NCBI GenBank assembly: GCA_964016885.1 | Contig: CAXHJY010001493.1 | Coordinates: forward strand, 1 to 18,166 | Length of the DNA stretch: 18,166 nt | From: Eledone cirrhosa | Lineage: Eukaryota | Direction of reading: 5' to 3' | In this document: one piece after another, positions 1-10,208 of the stretch | Numbering within the stretch: the stretch's first letter is position 1 | Layout: every line of letters starts with the position of its first letter | Translations under genes and position numbers: made by a program | The notes under the pieces: model-generated | The model's database searches: none | What the model was told of the DNA's origin: nothing | Seen by the model: the letters and a program-made list of their open reading frames with translations, nothing else

Positions 1-483
1 CTAACTAGATGAAAAAGGAATAATATTTAAGAAATAATTGCCTTTTTATTTGTTTAGTAAAGTTTTGATATGAAATCCTGTGTTGAAACAAATATTGTTT
101 CAACTATATTTTTCTGGCAATATTCGGACAACATGACCTTTCCCGTATATAACAAGTGGCTTTTTTTTTCTTTTTACAATCTGTTCTAGCATTGGTTGTT
201 GGGGGGGGGGGGGGGGTTCTGTTCTGCTACATGTTAGTTCATCATGTAAACTACATTCACATGTAGAAACCCGTAACCCACATATAAATAATATTTATTT
301 AGCACTGGTCACTAAAATCCTTAATGAGCAGTTTGTATTGGGCGCTTACATTTCACATTTGGTCAGAAACTATTACCTATTTTGCAAAGGGCTGCCAATA
401 ATGGTCCTTCACATTGATCCAAGAACACGCATTTATGAGTGTGTATGTATGTGTGTGTATATGTGAGTGTATGTGTGTGTTGT

Positions 484-660
484 CAGCCCTGGTTTAACCA
501 TAAAGTAAAATAAACACATACTTAGAGCTTCAGTGAAAGAGGGACCTTATAGAATATTTTTCCAATAGAGTATAATGGAGATTTTTCTCCATATACAGTA
601 TATGGGGGACCATAGTCCTTTTCAGTGCTTAGTACCTCTAAGGGTCTTAATCCGATCCTG
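484..660. mobile_element. Possible degenerate hAT-type MITE
   Basis: Left end CAGCCCTGGTTTAA versus reverse complement of right end CAGGATCGGATTAA (9/14 match), both resembling CAGGGCCGG-type hAT TIRs; no TSD found. Confidence 0.3.
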
Positions 661-674
661 CCCGTGTGAGGGGA

Positions 675-921
<247 letters not shown>

Positions 922-1059
922 ACGAAAGGACCGTAAATTTTTCTTAATATTTCTTTCCTGTCTTAAAAAATCATTAACAGCAAGGCGTGAAACGAAATAG
1001 TTTCAACTGGACATCGAAGCATTCGTATTACCCAAAGAGTATCTCTCGCCAAGAGCTTT

Positions 1060-1435
1060 GGATTGGCAGAATCGATAGGGCGTCGGATAAAACACTTTGC
1101 AAGCATTTCATTACGGCCTTTTATATTTTTAGTTCAAATCTCGCCGAGGTCAACTTAATCTGTCATCCAAGGCCTCCAAGAGAAATTTTGCAAGGCGGTA
1201 CAAGACACCTTTGGGTGCCCGAAGCAGGCAAAGATGTTACTCAAAATAGATGTTACATGGTTGCTGTGGGGGCCTTCTTAGCCCCTTGGGCCCCGGAACA
1301 AAGTACCAGCTGGATCCCCTTCTCATAGGCCCTGCTGTCATCCTTCCGAGGTTTATAATATAACGTACCAATCACGTACTGGGGTTGACGTAATGGACTT
1401 CTGCTCCCCACAAATTGTTGGCCTTGTGCATTTTA
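1060..1435 (+). mobile_element. tRNA-derived SINE (Meta/MESC-core-like), interrupted by a MITE at 1168-1334
   Basis: A-box-like TGGCAGAATCG, B-box-like AGTTCAAATCTC then GCCGAGGTCAACTT; resumes after the insertion with TCATCCTTCCGAGG...GTACCAATCACGTACTGGGGTTGA...TTGGCCTTGTGC; colinear with the copy at 17763-17974. Confidence 0.85.
1168..1334. mobile_element. hAT-superfamily MITE (167 bp)
   Basis: Perfect 8-bp TSD CTGTCATC at 1160-1167 and 1335-1342; imperfect TIRs CAAGGCCT...GAGA / TCTCATAGGCCCTG; 8-bp TSD and CAGGG ends are typical of hAT. Confidence 0.85.
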
Positions 1436-1610
1436 TATATAGTCGTAAAACCAGATGATGGAGATGTTGGAATATTTTATTCAATTCCAAAAGGGTATTA
1501 AAGATGCAAGTGTCATGACAATGGCTGCCTCTCCATTACAAGAAGAAATAGGGAAAATGAAGGGGAAAACGAAATTGTGTAAATATTCTTCTTTTTGTTT
1601 TGTTTTTGTT

Positions 1611-1800
1611 TTACTAGTTTCAGGTCAATAGACTACGACCTTGCTGGGGCCCGACCTCAATAAGGGATTTAATTGATCATATCAACTCCGATATTTATAT
1701 ATTTCAACACAAGTACTTAACATTATCCGATCGATTTTCTTTTCGAACCGGTTAAGTTACAAGACATCAACACAAATATAGATACATACGTAAACACAGA
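1611..1800 (-). mobile_element. 3' part of an octopus-type tRNA/CORE SINE whose other part lies at 4403-4492
   Basis: TTACTAGTTTCAGGTCAATAGACTACGACCTTGCTGGGG...GAACCGGTTAAGTTAC...ACAC matches my recollection of the abundant octopus SINE with an internal CA/TACA microsatellite. Confidence 0.7.
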
Positions 1801-1866
1801 TACATACATACAATACATACATACATACATACATACATACATACATACATACATACATACATACAT

Positions 1867-2475
1867 GGTGGTGGCTGCCAACTCGTTTTCGAGAGTACGG
1901 CCACTACTTTTATATCCATGTAGGAGAACCCCTACCGATGCGCTGAACGAGTGTGACTTTTTAGTCCAGCCAGTGACTTGAAAACTCTGGTACAAACACT
2001 ACACCTGTGACAACTATTGACATAGTGCTGGGCCCATGGTACCTTGTGACGACAAGTGCAGAGAGGTCTCCAGATATAAAGCAATGCCTGTGCCGTGAAG
2101 CTTTTATAGTGAGTAAAGCACTGCACAAAGCCAGTCCCACTCTCTTAACCAAGATGATATTTACCAAAAAGAAGAACAAGTCAACATCATTGGATACCAT
2201 CAGGGTTGCAGGTGTTATATCAGAGTTTTCCTTCTCCTAGAATTCTGCCTTGACAAAGGCTATGGGGTCATCTCTCCCGGTGATTTTGGATGGTCATTGA
2301 CTCTCAAGAGCTCCTTTGCCCTTTGACAGGTTTTGTTTTTAGTCCTGCAGGATGTCCAAAGTCACCCTCCTCACCAAGAAACCTTGGTAGGGTTGCCAGT
2401 TTAGTCGCCAACGACCCGACCATGAGACAGGTTGTACTGGGATACATGTTACCAGTAGCACTAACTGATGACCTG
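1867..2475 (-). mobile_element. Short non-autonomous RTE-derived retroelement (~610 bp), copy A1, longest copy
   Basis: Minus strand: RTE-type 5'UTR motif CTAGGAGAAGGAAAACTCTG, a C-terminal C2H2 zinc-finger relic CSVCTRVFKSLAGLKSHTRSAH, 3' end TCGAAAACGAGTTGGCAGCCACC and a (TATG)n tail; no EN/RT coding in between; further copies at 3556-3723 and 3993-4313. Confidence 0.8.
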
Positions 2476-2558
2476 ACATAACATACATACATACATACAT
2501 ACATACATACATACATACATACATACATACATACATACATACATACATACATACATAC
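2476..2558. repeat. (TACA)n microsatellite; also at ~1800-1866, 2787-2875, 3533-3555, 3724-3791, 3951-3992, 4314-4406
   Basis: Seen directly; these tracts separate each nested insertion. Confidence 0.97.
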
Positions 2559-2786
2559 GACAGGTTATATACCAACCCGCTTGGACCAAAGTATAAACTG
2601 AACTTGGATTTGTGGACAAAGAGCGCAGCTCCCTAATTCATAGACTACAAATGGCTGCGGTAGCTGGCACCTTCAAAATTTGCAAAACACTCTTGCGATT
2701 CAAAGGATGACAATTTCTTTTCTTTTACAACCTTGCCACCAGGAAGGTGACCGTTCAAAAATGTACTCGAAATTAAGAGAAAGAGA
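2559..2786 (+). mobile_element. 5'-truncated R4/Dong-clade non-LTR retrotransposon 3' end, copy B1
   Basis: Translates with one frameshift to TGYIPTRLDQSI-ELGFVDKERSSLIHRLQMAAVAGTFKICKTLLRFKG*, an R4-clade C-terminus; 3'UTR shared with 3445-3532 and 8320-8421; runs into (TACA)n. Confidence 0.8.
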
Positions 2787-2875
2787 TACATACATATATA
2801 CATACATACATACATACATACATACATACATACATACATACATACATACATAACATACATACATACATACATACA

Positions 2876-3532
2876 GTTGACAATAAATGTAAGTTATGCA
2901 AAACAAATAACAAAGATGTTAGCCACATTATTGCCAAGTATGAAAGAATTTCTTCTCGTTACAACCCATCTATGAGGCACGATTTGATAGCTAGAACGAT
3001 CTGGAATGCATTACGGAGAGAGACGCAAATAAAATCAAATAGGGAGGAATATGTTGAGACTGGTGGCTTAAAGGAATAATGGTGGAACCTAAAAGTAAAA
3101 AACTGCCTCCAGATTAAAGCACAACCGCCTGATATTGTTGTTTGGGACCACACATTAAAAATATGCTCTGCTTTAAAAGTCAGCTGTCCACTTGATGTCA
3201 ATGTGGTAAGAAAAATACAAAGGGAGGATATCTATGGACCATTGATGAGGAGTTTGAAAATCCAGAATCCAAGATACCCGTTATTATTGAGGCCACAGGT
3301 TATATACCAACCCGCCTGGACCAAAACATAAGTGAAATTGGATTTAGTGGCGATATAACGTCGCTCCTTAAGTCATAAGCTACAAATGGCCACGATATCT
3401 GGAACCTTCAAGATGTGTAAAATATTCTTACTCTTCAAAGGATGAATGCTTACACCTGAGACGACACAATTTCCTTTCTTTACATCGGGAAGGTGAACCG
3501 GTCAAAAATTAACTCATAATAAATAGAGAGAA
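2876..3532 (+). mobile_element. 5'-truncated R4/Dong-clade retrotransposon (zinc knuckle + restriction-like endonuclease + 3'UTR), copy B2
   Basis: VDNKCKLCKTNNKDVSHII (CCHC relic), MRHDLIARTIWN (RHD), PDIVVWD...VSCPLDVNV (PD-(D/E)xK RLE region), then the same C-terminus as B1; contains stops and frameshifts. Confidence 0.85.
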
Positions 3533-3555
3533 TATACATACATACATACATACAT

Positions 3556-3722
3556 GGTGGCTGCCAACTCGTTTTCGAGTACGGCCACTACTTTATATCC
3601 ATGTGTAGGAGAACCCATACCGATGCGCTGAACGAGTGTGACTTTTTAGTCTAGCCAGCGACTTGAAAACTCTGGTACAAACACTACACTTGTGACAATT
3701 ATTGACACATAATGCTGGGCCC

Positions 3723-3723
<1 letters not shown>
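3556..3723 (-). mobile_element. 5'-truncated copy A2 of the RTE-derived element
   Basis: Near-identical to 1867-2035 including the zinc-finger relic CSVCTRVFKSLARLKSHTRSAH; flanked by TACA repeats. Confidence 0.85.
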
Positions 3724-3753
<30 letters not shown>

Positions 3754-3791
3754 CATACATACATACATACATACATACATACATACATACA

Positions 3792-3840
3792 ATGATGATG
3801 GCTGCCCCCTCGTTATCGAGTATGGCCATTGCACAAGGAG
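3792..3840 (-). mobile_element. Very short 3' end of a related RTE-type subfamily
   Basis: GATGATGGCTGCCCCCTCGTTATCGAGTATGGCCA parallels GGTGGCTGCCAACTCGTTTTCGAGTACGGCCA of element A; abuts (TACA)n. Confidence 0.6.
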
Positions 3841-3950
3841 AAAAAAAAAATAAATAAAATAAAATAAAATAAAATAAAATAAAAATAAAATAAAATAAAA
3901 TAAAATATAATAAAAATATTTTTTTTTAAATTAATAAATAAATAAAAAAA
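3841..3950. repeat. (AAAAT)n / A-rich low-complexity tract
   Basis: Seen directly. Confidence 0.9.
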
Positions 3951-3992
3951 ATACATACATACATACATACAAACATACATACATACATACAT

Positions 3993-4313
3993 GGTGGCTG
4001 CCAACTCGTTTTCGAGTACGGCCACTACTTTATATCCATGTAGGAGAACCCCTACCGAAGCGCTGAACGAGTGTGACTTTTTAGTCCAGCCAACAACTTG
4101 AAAACTCTGGTACAAACACTACACTTGCGACAATTATTGACACATAGTGCTGGGCCCATGGTACCATGTGACGACAAGTGCAGAGAGATCTCCAGATACA
4201 AAGCAATGCCTGTGCCGTAAAGCTTTTATAGTGAGCAAAGGCACTGCACAAAGCCAGTCCCACTCTCTTAACCAAGATGATATTTACCAAAAAGAAGAAC
4301 AAGTCAACATCAT
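3993..4313 (-). mobile_element. 5'-truncated copy A3 of the RTE-derived element
   Basis: Colinear with 1870-2190; ends at CAAGTCAACATCAT and runs into TACA repeats. Confidence 0.85.
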
Positions 4314-4353
4314 ACATGACATACATACATACATACATACATACATACATACA

Positions 4354-4384
<31 letters not shown>

Positions 4385-4402
4385 CATACATACATACATA
4401 CA

Positions 4403-4492
4403 TACGACGAACCTCTGCAGTTTCTGTCTACCAGATTTCATTCACAGGGAATTGGTCAACCCATATGCATAACTTTCGTGTCTTTCCCAAGA
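4403..4492 (-). mobile_element. Other part of the SINE split at ~1800
   Basis: TACGACGAACCTCTGCAGTTTCTGTCTACCAGATTTCATTCACAGGGAATTGGTCAACCC...CCCAAG matches the segment that follows the internal microsatellite in the recalled SINE consensus (TACGACGGGCTTCTTTCAGTTTCCGTCTACCAAATCCACTCACAAGGC...). Confidence 0.7.
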
Positions 4493-5732
4493 TCATTTGT
4501 GATTAAAGAAAAAATTGAAAGAAATAGGTATAGGTAAACTATGTTATGCAGTCTGTTGAATTAGAAACATGTTTTCGTAACTAAATAATTTTTTTTTTTT
4601 AGGTACAAGTTTTTATTTTTTTGTGTGTTACATATTATTTGATTACTATTAAATCGGTCACACACACATAGTACACCAGGTCGGAACACAGGGACCAAAC
4701 TCCCACTGCCACCGCCTCCTTCTCTCCCACTCTCCTCATCTCTCATTATTATGAGCAAATAATAAATAAAATTATTGGAAAAAAAGTAATTATTAATTGA
4801 AAATATTAAAATATTCCATTGAACATCATGTAAATTTCATTGAAAATTAGTCACCTTTAATTTAAATGCCTAAAAATCTTAAAATTATAAGACATAAATA
4901 AGTCAAGTGAAACGAAGAGAACCCGGAATCGAATTGGGTCGCCGAAACAGCTCATCTAGGAGCTTACCTCCGTTTACTCAACTGTTATATTCCTTGTCGC
5001 GTAGTAACGGCCGACAACAGGTTGAGAGTAATAACAGCAGCAGCCACCAGTGTGTGTGTGTTCTACGTGCATTCTTGTCTGTATATGTGAGTATATGGTA
5101 TGGCAGACGACAACTCTATCAAGTGAGAGAGAGACAGAGAGAGAAAAAGATAAAGTAAAGTGAGAGGAAAATGACTGAAAGACAGAATTAAATATAAAAT
5201 AAATTCATGACGGAAGGTGATAACACTATGTATAGTTGTTATCTTGATCGGTTAAACAAAACTATAATCATCGTCACTGATATTTCAATATATTTGTTTG
5301 ACAAAAATATGACGAGACGGGTTTATTGATATGTGTGTGTGTTGGGGGGGGGGGGGGGGGTATAGACATGACTTCGAAAGGAAGCAAAACCAAGACTACG
5401 CTCCTTACTAAACAACGAGTGGAAAATGAAATAGAAACGATGTTTGGAGATAATAAACAAACTCTTGAATACAAATTAATTTACCCTCAAACTGGTGTTA
5501 ACGACTGTTAGTGAGAAACTCTGGCATCAGAAGAAAGTAACTGAAATAAAGGTTTACAAGAAATTCAGTAGAAACCAAAATGCAGTGTGATTAGAAGAAA
5601 TGTGAAGAAACTATTGTCCCTACAGTGCACCGAAATCACACTGTGATACCCTTGAGAATGTGATAGGAAAACTTCAGAATAAGAAAGCTCCAGGATCAGA
5701 CTTCATTGATGGTTACTGGTAAAAGAAATAAT

Positions 5733-5914
5733 TGTTTCTACTTTTGGCACAAGGCCAGCAATTAACCAGTACATTATTGGTACTTTATTTTATCGACCCC
5801 GTAAGGATGACAGGCAAAGTTAACCTCGACGGGATTTGAACTCAGACCGTAAAGGGACGTAACTATGCTGGAAAGCATGGTGTCCGACCCTCTACCGATA
5901 CTGCCAATTCACCG
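5733..5914 (-). mobile_element. tRNA-derived SINE (Meta/MESC-core-like)
   Basis: Reverse complement of the 17763-17974 copy, with A-box TGGCAGTATCGG, B-box GAGTTCAAATCCC and core TCATCCTTACGGGGTCGATAAAATAAAGTACC. Confidence 0.88.
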
Positions 5915-5920
5915 AAATAA

Positions 5921-6088
5921 TGGTTTCTAATTGAGGCACACGCCTACAATTTTGAGGGAGGGGAAAGTCGATTAAATCGACCCCAGTGCGTTACTGGTAC
6001 TTTATTTCATCGACCCCGTAAGGATGAAAGACAAAGCTAACCTCGGCAAGATTTGAACTCAGATTGTAAAGGGACGTAACCCTATGCC
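5921..6088 (-). mobile_element. Second tandem copy of the same SINE, lacking the A-box end
   Basis: Same core and B-box (GAGTTCAAATCTTGCCGAGG on minus strand); 3' part GGGGTCGATTTAATCGACTTTCCCCTCCC. Confidence 0.85.
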
Positions 6089-7144
6089 ATATTGTTCTTT
6101 TATAAGGGAGTATCTTATCAACCTCTACCAGCTTGCTCTCAATAGAAATAGAAATATATAATGCGTATTGGCGTCGGTAGAGACAAAACTGATACGAAAA
6201 TCCCCCTAAAAAAGGGAAGAAACAAACTCCCTTGGCAAAACATTACCGACTGATTGTATGTCAGCCCGTCTGAACCTATTCCTCCAGGATCATTGTGACA
6301 ATGACAATATCATCACAGATGAGCAAGCAGCTGGAAAGAAAGGGGTTTAGTGGAAGAGCTGACCAACTGATAATTAACAAATTGACGACACAGGAGGAAC
6401 TAGATTAGAGTGGTTGGATTATAAGAAAGTATTTGTTTCTGTTCTCCACTCTCTGATGCTAGAAAAGTCCCTGATACCATAATCAGGGCCGTAGATAACC
6501 ATTGTTAAATACAGGGAAGGGCTGTATTGTCACTGACAGAATACAATATCGCAGGGGTATATTTCAAGTAGACATTCTCTCGGTGATGTTGGTTATATTA
6601 TCAATAAACCCCTTGTTCTTTATGCTGAGACAATATGAAGGATACGTAATTGGTTCACAGGAGGCCAAGAAACACTAACATAACAACTTCTTTGCTAAGA
6701 ATATAAATGGTATGAAGAAAAACATTGACCTGGTTTCTACATTCTCGAAAGTTATAGGAATGGAGTTTGGCCAGAATAAATGTTCCTACAGGATTATAAA
6801 GCGAGGAAAATCTACAAGCTGATCTAGCAACATCTCTATCAATAGCCGAATTGTTTCGCCGGTATCTGACGTGGAATGCTAGATAATTAGGGATTGATGA
6901 AAATATGTCTTATGATGGAATTTCTAACAAGGAATAACTATGGAATATAACACACGGATAAGGAAAATATGGTCCTCGGATCGCTCTACATACAATAAAC
7001 CAGTGCTCCACAATGTATTTGTTGTACCTGTGCTAACACCAGCATTTGGACTACTTGACTGGACGCTAGATGAGATATGAGCCGAAAATTTCTAACCGAC
7101 ACCGGAAATTTCCACATCAGCAGTGACATAGACTACCTTTAACT

Positions 7145-8421
7145 AAAACATGGCCCAGACTCCTAACAGGTTATTGCCTGAAGAATTGCACCTTCTACCG
7201 GCGAGATTTCATACGGTTGTATAAAGAAAGTATCAAGGGTACACAAAAACTGTCCCAATTGTAATCAACTGCCACTACTCACCTCATACCCCAAAATAAC
7301 CAAACCACTCTTGCTAAAAAAAATACTTGTCAGAACATCATGTACAAATTATACACTGGTTGCCCCAATTTGTTCTCGCAGGATTATTGTGCCACCAACA
7401 ACATTATAATACCTGAGCAAGCTGAGGAAAAGGAGGAGGTGTGAGACTGTATAGAGCAGCTACTAATTAACAAAATGATCCCGAAAAAATAGCAAAGAAT
7501 CGCAAGAACTTGACTGTAGTGTGACAGGACTACTAGAAGGCTTTTGATAGTATACCACAGGGGTGAATTATCAAGGTTTTACAGTTAACCAAAGTCCCAC
7601 AACCACTGGTAGATGTTGTTGGTACACCATTTTGTTCCTTTGGGGTGATAAGGAGCAAATTGAGTCTGGTAGTATTCACTACCAAAAAGACATCTTTCAG
7701 TATGATAGCTTGTCTGGATCCAGAAGTATCTCCCATCTTTTCTTTGTCGATGACATGAAATTGTATGAGCCAAATCAACCACTTAAAAACAATTGGACTT
7801 CATTACCCAATTTTCTGCACTCATTGGAATGAAATTTGGACAGTCCAAATGAGCATTTTTTACAATAAAACGTGGAAAATGTGTGCCCTCTTCTGAAATA
7901 AAAGCTAATGGCTTGACGATACAACTTGTACAGTCAGGTGACAACTACAGGTATTTTGGAGAGGATGAAAATGTCAGGTATGATGGCTTGGCTATATTTG
8001 CCACACAAAGAGCGTAGTCCGGGCCTAAAATCAATATTGACATCATACGAGACCTGGATAATAACACTGAAGCAGCATCTTCAATAGAAGAAAAAGGTCA
8101 ACAGCCATCTTGCACACATATTGTTAGAATAGGCACTGATCTAGATGAGAGACGTGAAATAAAAGCTGACACAAATCTCTCTTACAGAAACATTGGAAGA
8201 CTCTACTCAATGATCGAGCAAAATAAAAGGACCAATTCACTGAGAAGTTTGTGCATGAGTACTTAATACGAGAAACATGGACTACAGAGGGGATAAAACA
8301 TTCTTAAGATTCAAAGGATGAACGCTTTCACTTGAGACGACGATAATTTCCTTTCTTTACAACCTTGCCACCAGGAAGGCGGCCGGTCAAAAATGAATTC
8401 AAATTTCAGAGAAAGAGAGAA
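7145..8421 (+). pseudogene. Second decayed, internally deleted R4/Dong-clade element ending in the same 3'UTR as B1/B2
   Basis: CQNIMYKLYTGC, NNIIIPEQA, IEQLLINKMI, DY*KAFDSIP, IFQYDSLS, ISHLFFVDDMKLY (RT YxDD box), IGMKFGQSK, NYRYFGEDENVRYDG; 8295-8421 matches 2684-2786 (KTFLRFKG* + UTR), followed by ACATACAT. Confidence 0.82.
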
Positions 8422-8546
8422 CATACATAATCGCCGAAACCTATCTATGTTTGTATTCAGATGCAGTCATACAAGCCTACACATGATTTTCCTGCATTCT
8501 GCTGCACGGCAACCAATTTGTTTTATTACCCACCTTCCAGCCTATT

Positions 8547-8591
8547 TACATACATACATACATACATACACACATACATACATACATACAT

Positions 8592-8624
<33 letters not shown>

Positions 8625-8671
8625 TACATACATACATACATACATACATACATACATACATACATACATAC
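8547..8671. repeat. (TACA)n/(CA)n microsatellite
   Basis: Seen directly. Confidence 0.95.
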
Positions 8672-8734
8672 AGTCGTGCTTTACAGCTAAAAACTTCAAT
8701 AGATTTTAAGAGGAGCAAGGCGTAGGTACGTAGA

Positions 8735-8762
8735 TGTGTATGTGTGTGCATATATATGTGTG

Positions 8763-8813
<51 letters not shown>

Positions 8814-9074
8814 TGCGTTGCGTGGTTAGTTCGTTGTCCTACTGTTATGAGCTATATTTGATTGTGTGTGTGTGTACATATGTGTATGTGTGTGCTCACA
8901 TCATTATTATGATTGTGTCAACTATTTTCTTGAGCTATAAACTTGCTCATTTGCTGATACAACAGGCGGTAAATTTGGGCGCACACAGGCACACACACAC
9001 ACACAGAGACACACGGACACACACAGACACACACACACAGGCACACACACACTCGCGCGCGCGCACACTATATG

Positions 9075-9130
<56 letters not shown>

Positions 9131-9286
9131 AGAGAGAGAGAGAGAGTCTGCTGTGTTGAGCCTGAGGTGACCACAAATAATGGGAGTACTCAATACATGG
9201 GGAGATGCAGAGTGGGTATAGAGATATGTAAAATCCCGACTATGTAAAATGCGAAGCCAACCGGTTTCGACTTCGCGGTCGGGATT

Positions 9287-9363
<77 letters not shown>

Positions 9364-9367
9364 TCTC
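8735..9367. repeat. Cluster of (GT)n, (CA)n, (TA)n, (GA)n and (CT)n microsatellites with short unique spacers
   Basis: Seen directly. Confidence 0.9.
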
Positions 9368-9628
9368 TTTCTATGTATACACACACACTATTTTTTTCAT
9401 ACGAAATGTTGAGAGAGAAATACAATGAGAGAGGGGACTGCGTGTGAAAGACAGATAGATATCACCATAGTAACTAACTACACAGCAAGTGACATTTTCC
9501 CACTTGTCACCAACATATTTTGCCGGCTTACGTGTTCGTTGCTGGAGACACCGTTCGTCAACCGAGATATTTTATGTTCAGAACCGATTTGTTCAGGAGG
9601 ATGGAAGGCGTCGTGAACCGAAGTTCCA

Positions 9629-9737
<109 letters not shown>

Positions 9738-9884
9738 TTTGAGTATATGTTGGTTGTATACCAATACCTCAGTATGCAGATCGGAGCACTCGACGAAGTG
9801 CGCAGTTTGGTTTGGTTACTCCGGAGTAATGTAAAATAAAATAAAATAAATAAGTCAAATGTTTAAAATTTAGCTTCGTTTATT

Positions 9885-9939
9885 ACTGCTATATATATCT
9901 CGGTGACAGCCATCTTTTCCTGTGACCTCTTCAGGCAGT
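9885..9939 (-). ncRNA. Minimal type-I hammerhead ribozyme motif (GAGA core variant), left arm
   Basis: Minus strand ACUGC-CUGAAGA-GGUCACAGGAAAAGAUGGCUGUCACC-GAGA-UAUAUA-UA-GCAGU. Confidence 0.7.
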
Positions 9940-10102
9940 CCGAATTAGTGTGGTATAGACACGTACACATGTTGTTGAGGTGTATAACTTTGTCAATACT
10001 CTGATATGCCCAGTTCCTGGTTGGGTTGTTATTTCACTGAGGAACTGGGTATATCAGAGTATTGACAAAGTTATACACCTCAAGTATACCACACTAATTC
10101 GG

Positions 10103-10157
10103 ACTGCCTGAAGAGGTCACAGCCAAAGATGGCTGTCACCGAGATATATATAGCAGT
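10103..10157 (+). ncRNA. Minimal type-I hammerhead ribozyme motif (GAGA core variant), right arm
   Basis: Stem I ACUGC/GCAGU; core CUGAAGA; stem II GGU-C-ACAGCCA/UGGCUGU-C-ACC; GAGA instead of GAAA; palindromic stem III AUAUAUAU; predicted cleavage after A10152; AATAAA at 10158. Confidence 0.75.
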
Positions 10158-10208
10158 AATAAACGAAGCTAAATTTTAAACATTTGACTTATTTATTTTA
10201 TTTTATTT

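Larger units (their letters stand above)
5370..7140 (+). pseudogene. Decayed R4/Dong-clade reverse transcriptase ORF, interrupted by two SINEs at 5733-6088
   Basis: Broken frames give KLQNKKAPGSDFIDGYW, DHCDNDNIITDEQAAGKKG, WLDYKKVFVSVPH-like, RRGIFQVDILS, INPL, FSKVIGMEFGQNKCSY, LGIDENMSYDG, RIRKIWSS, HNVFVVPVLTPAFGLLDWTLDEI. Confidence 0.8.

Noticed and set aside
300-412. Tc1/mariner-like terminal sequence (AAGGGCTGCCAATAAT)
   Set aside because: Only a vague resemblance and no partner TIR in the window.
987-1328. 113-aa ORF
   Set aside because: Runs across a SINE and an inserted MITE; no recognisable protein motif.
1932-2126. Host C2H2 zinc-finger gene
   Set aside because: Single finger, present in three dispersed copies with shifting frames and a retroelement tail; it is an RTE C-terminal relic.
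2465-2478. CTGATGA as a hammerhead core (also 7178 CTGAAGA and 11889 CTGATGA)
   Set aside because: No properly placed stem II, GAAA and stem I partner.
1800-4406. CRISPR-like alternation of repeats and spacers
   Set aside because: The repeats are variable-length microsatellites and the spacers are retroelement fragments; no cas genes; eukaryotic context.
4912-4960. Degenerate hammerhead or tRNA B-box-like segment (ACGAAGA...ACCC/GGGT...CGAAACAGCTC)
   Set aside because: Core boxes are mismatched, no stem I, and no cloverleaf or A-box.
9540-9580. CTGGAGA...CGAGATATTTTA as a seventh hammerhead
   Set aside because: Both core boxes are mutated and there is no convincing stem I or II.
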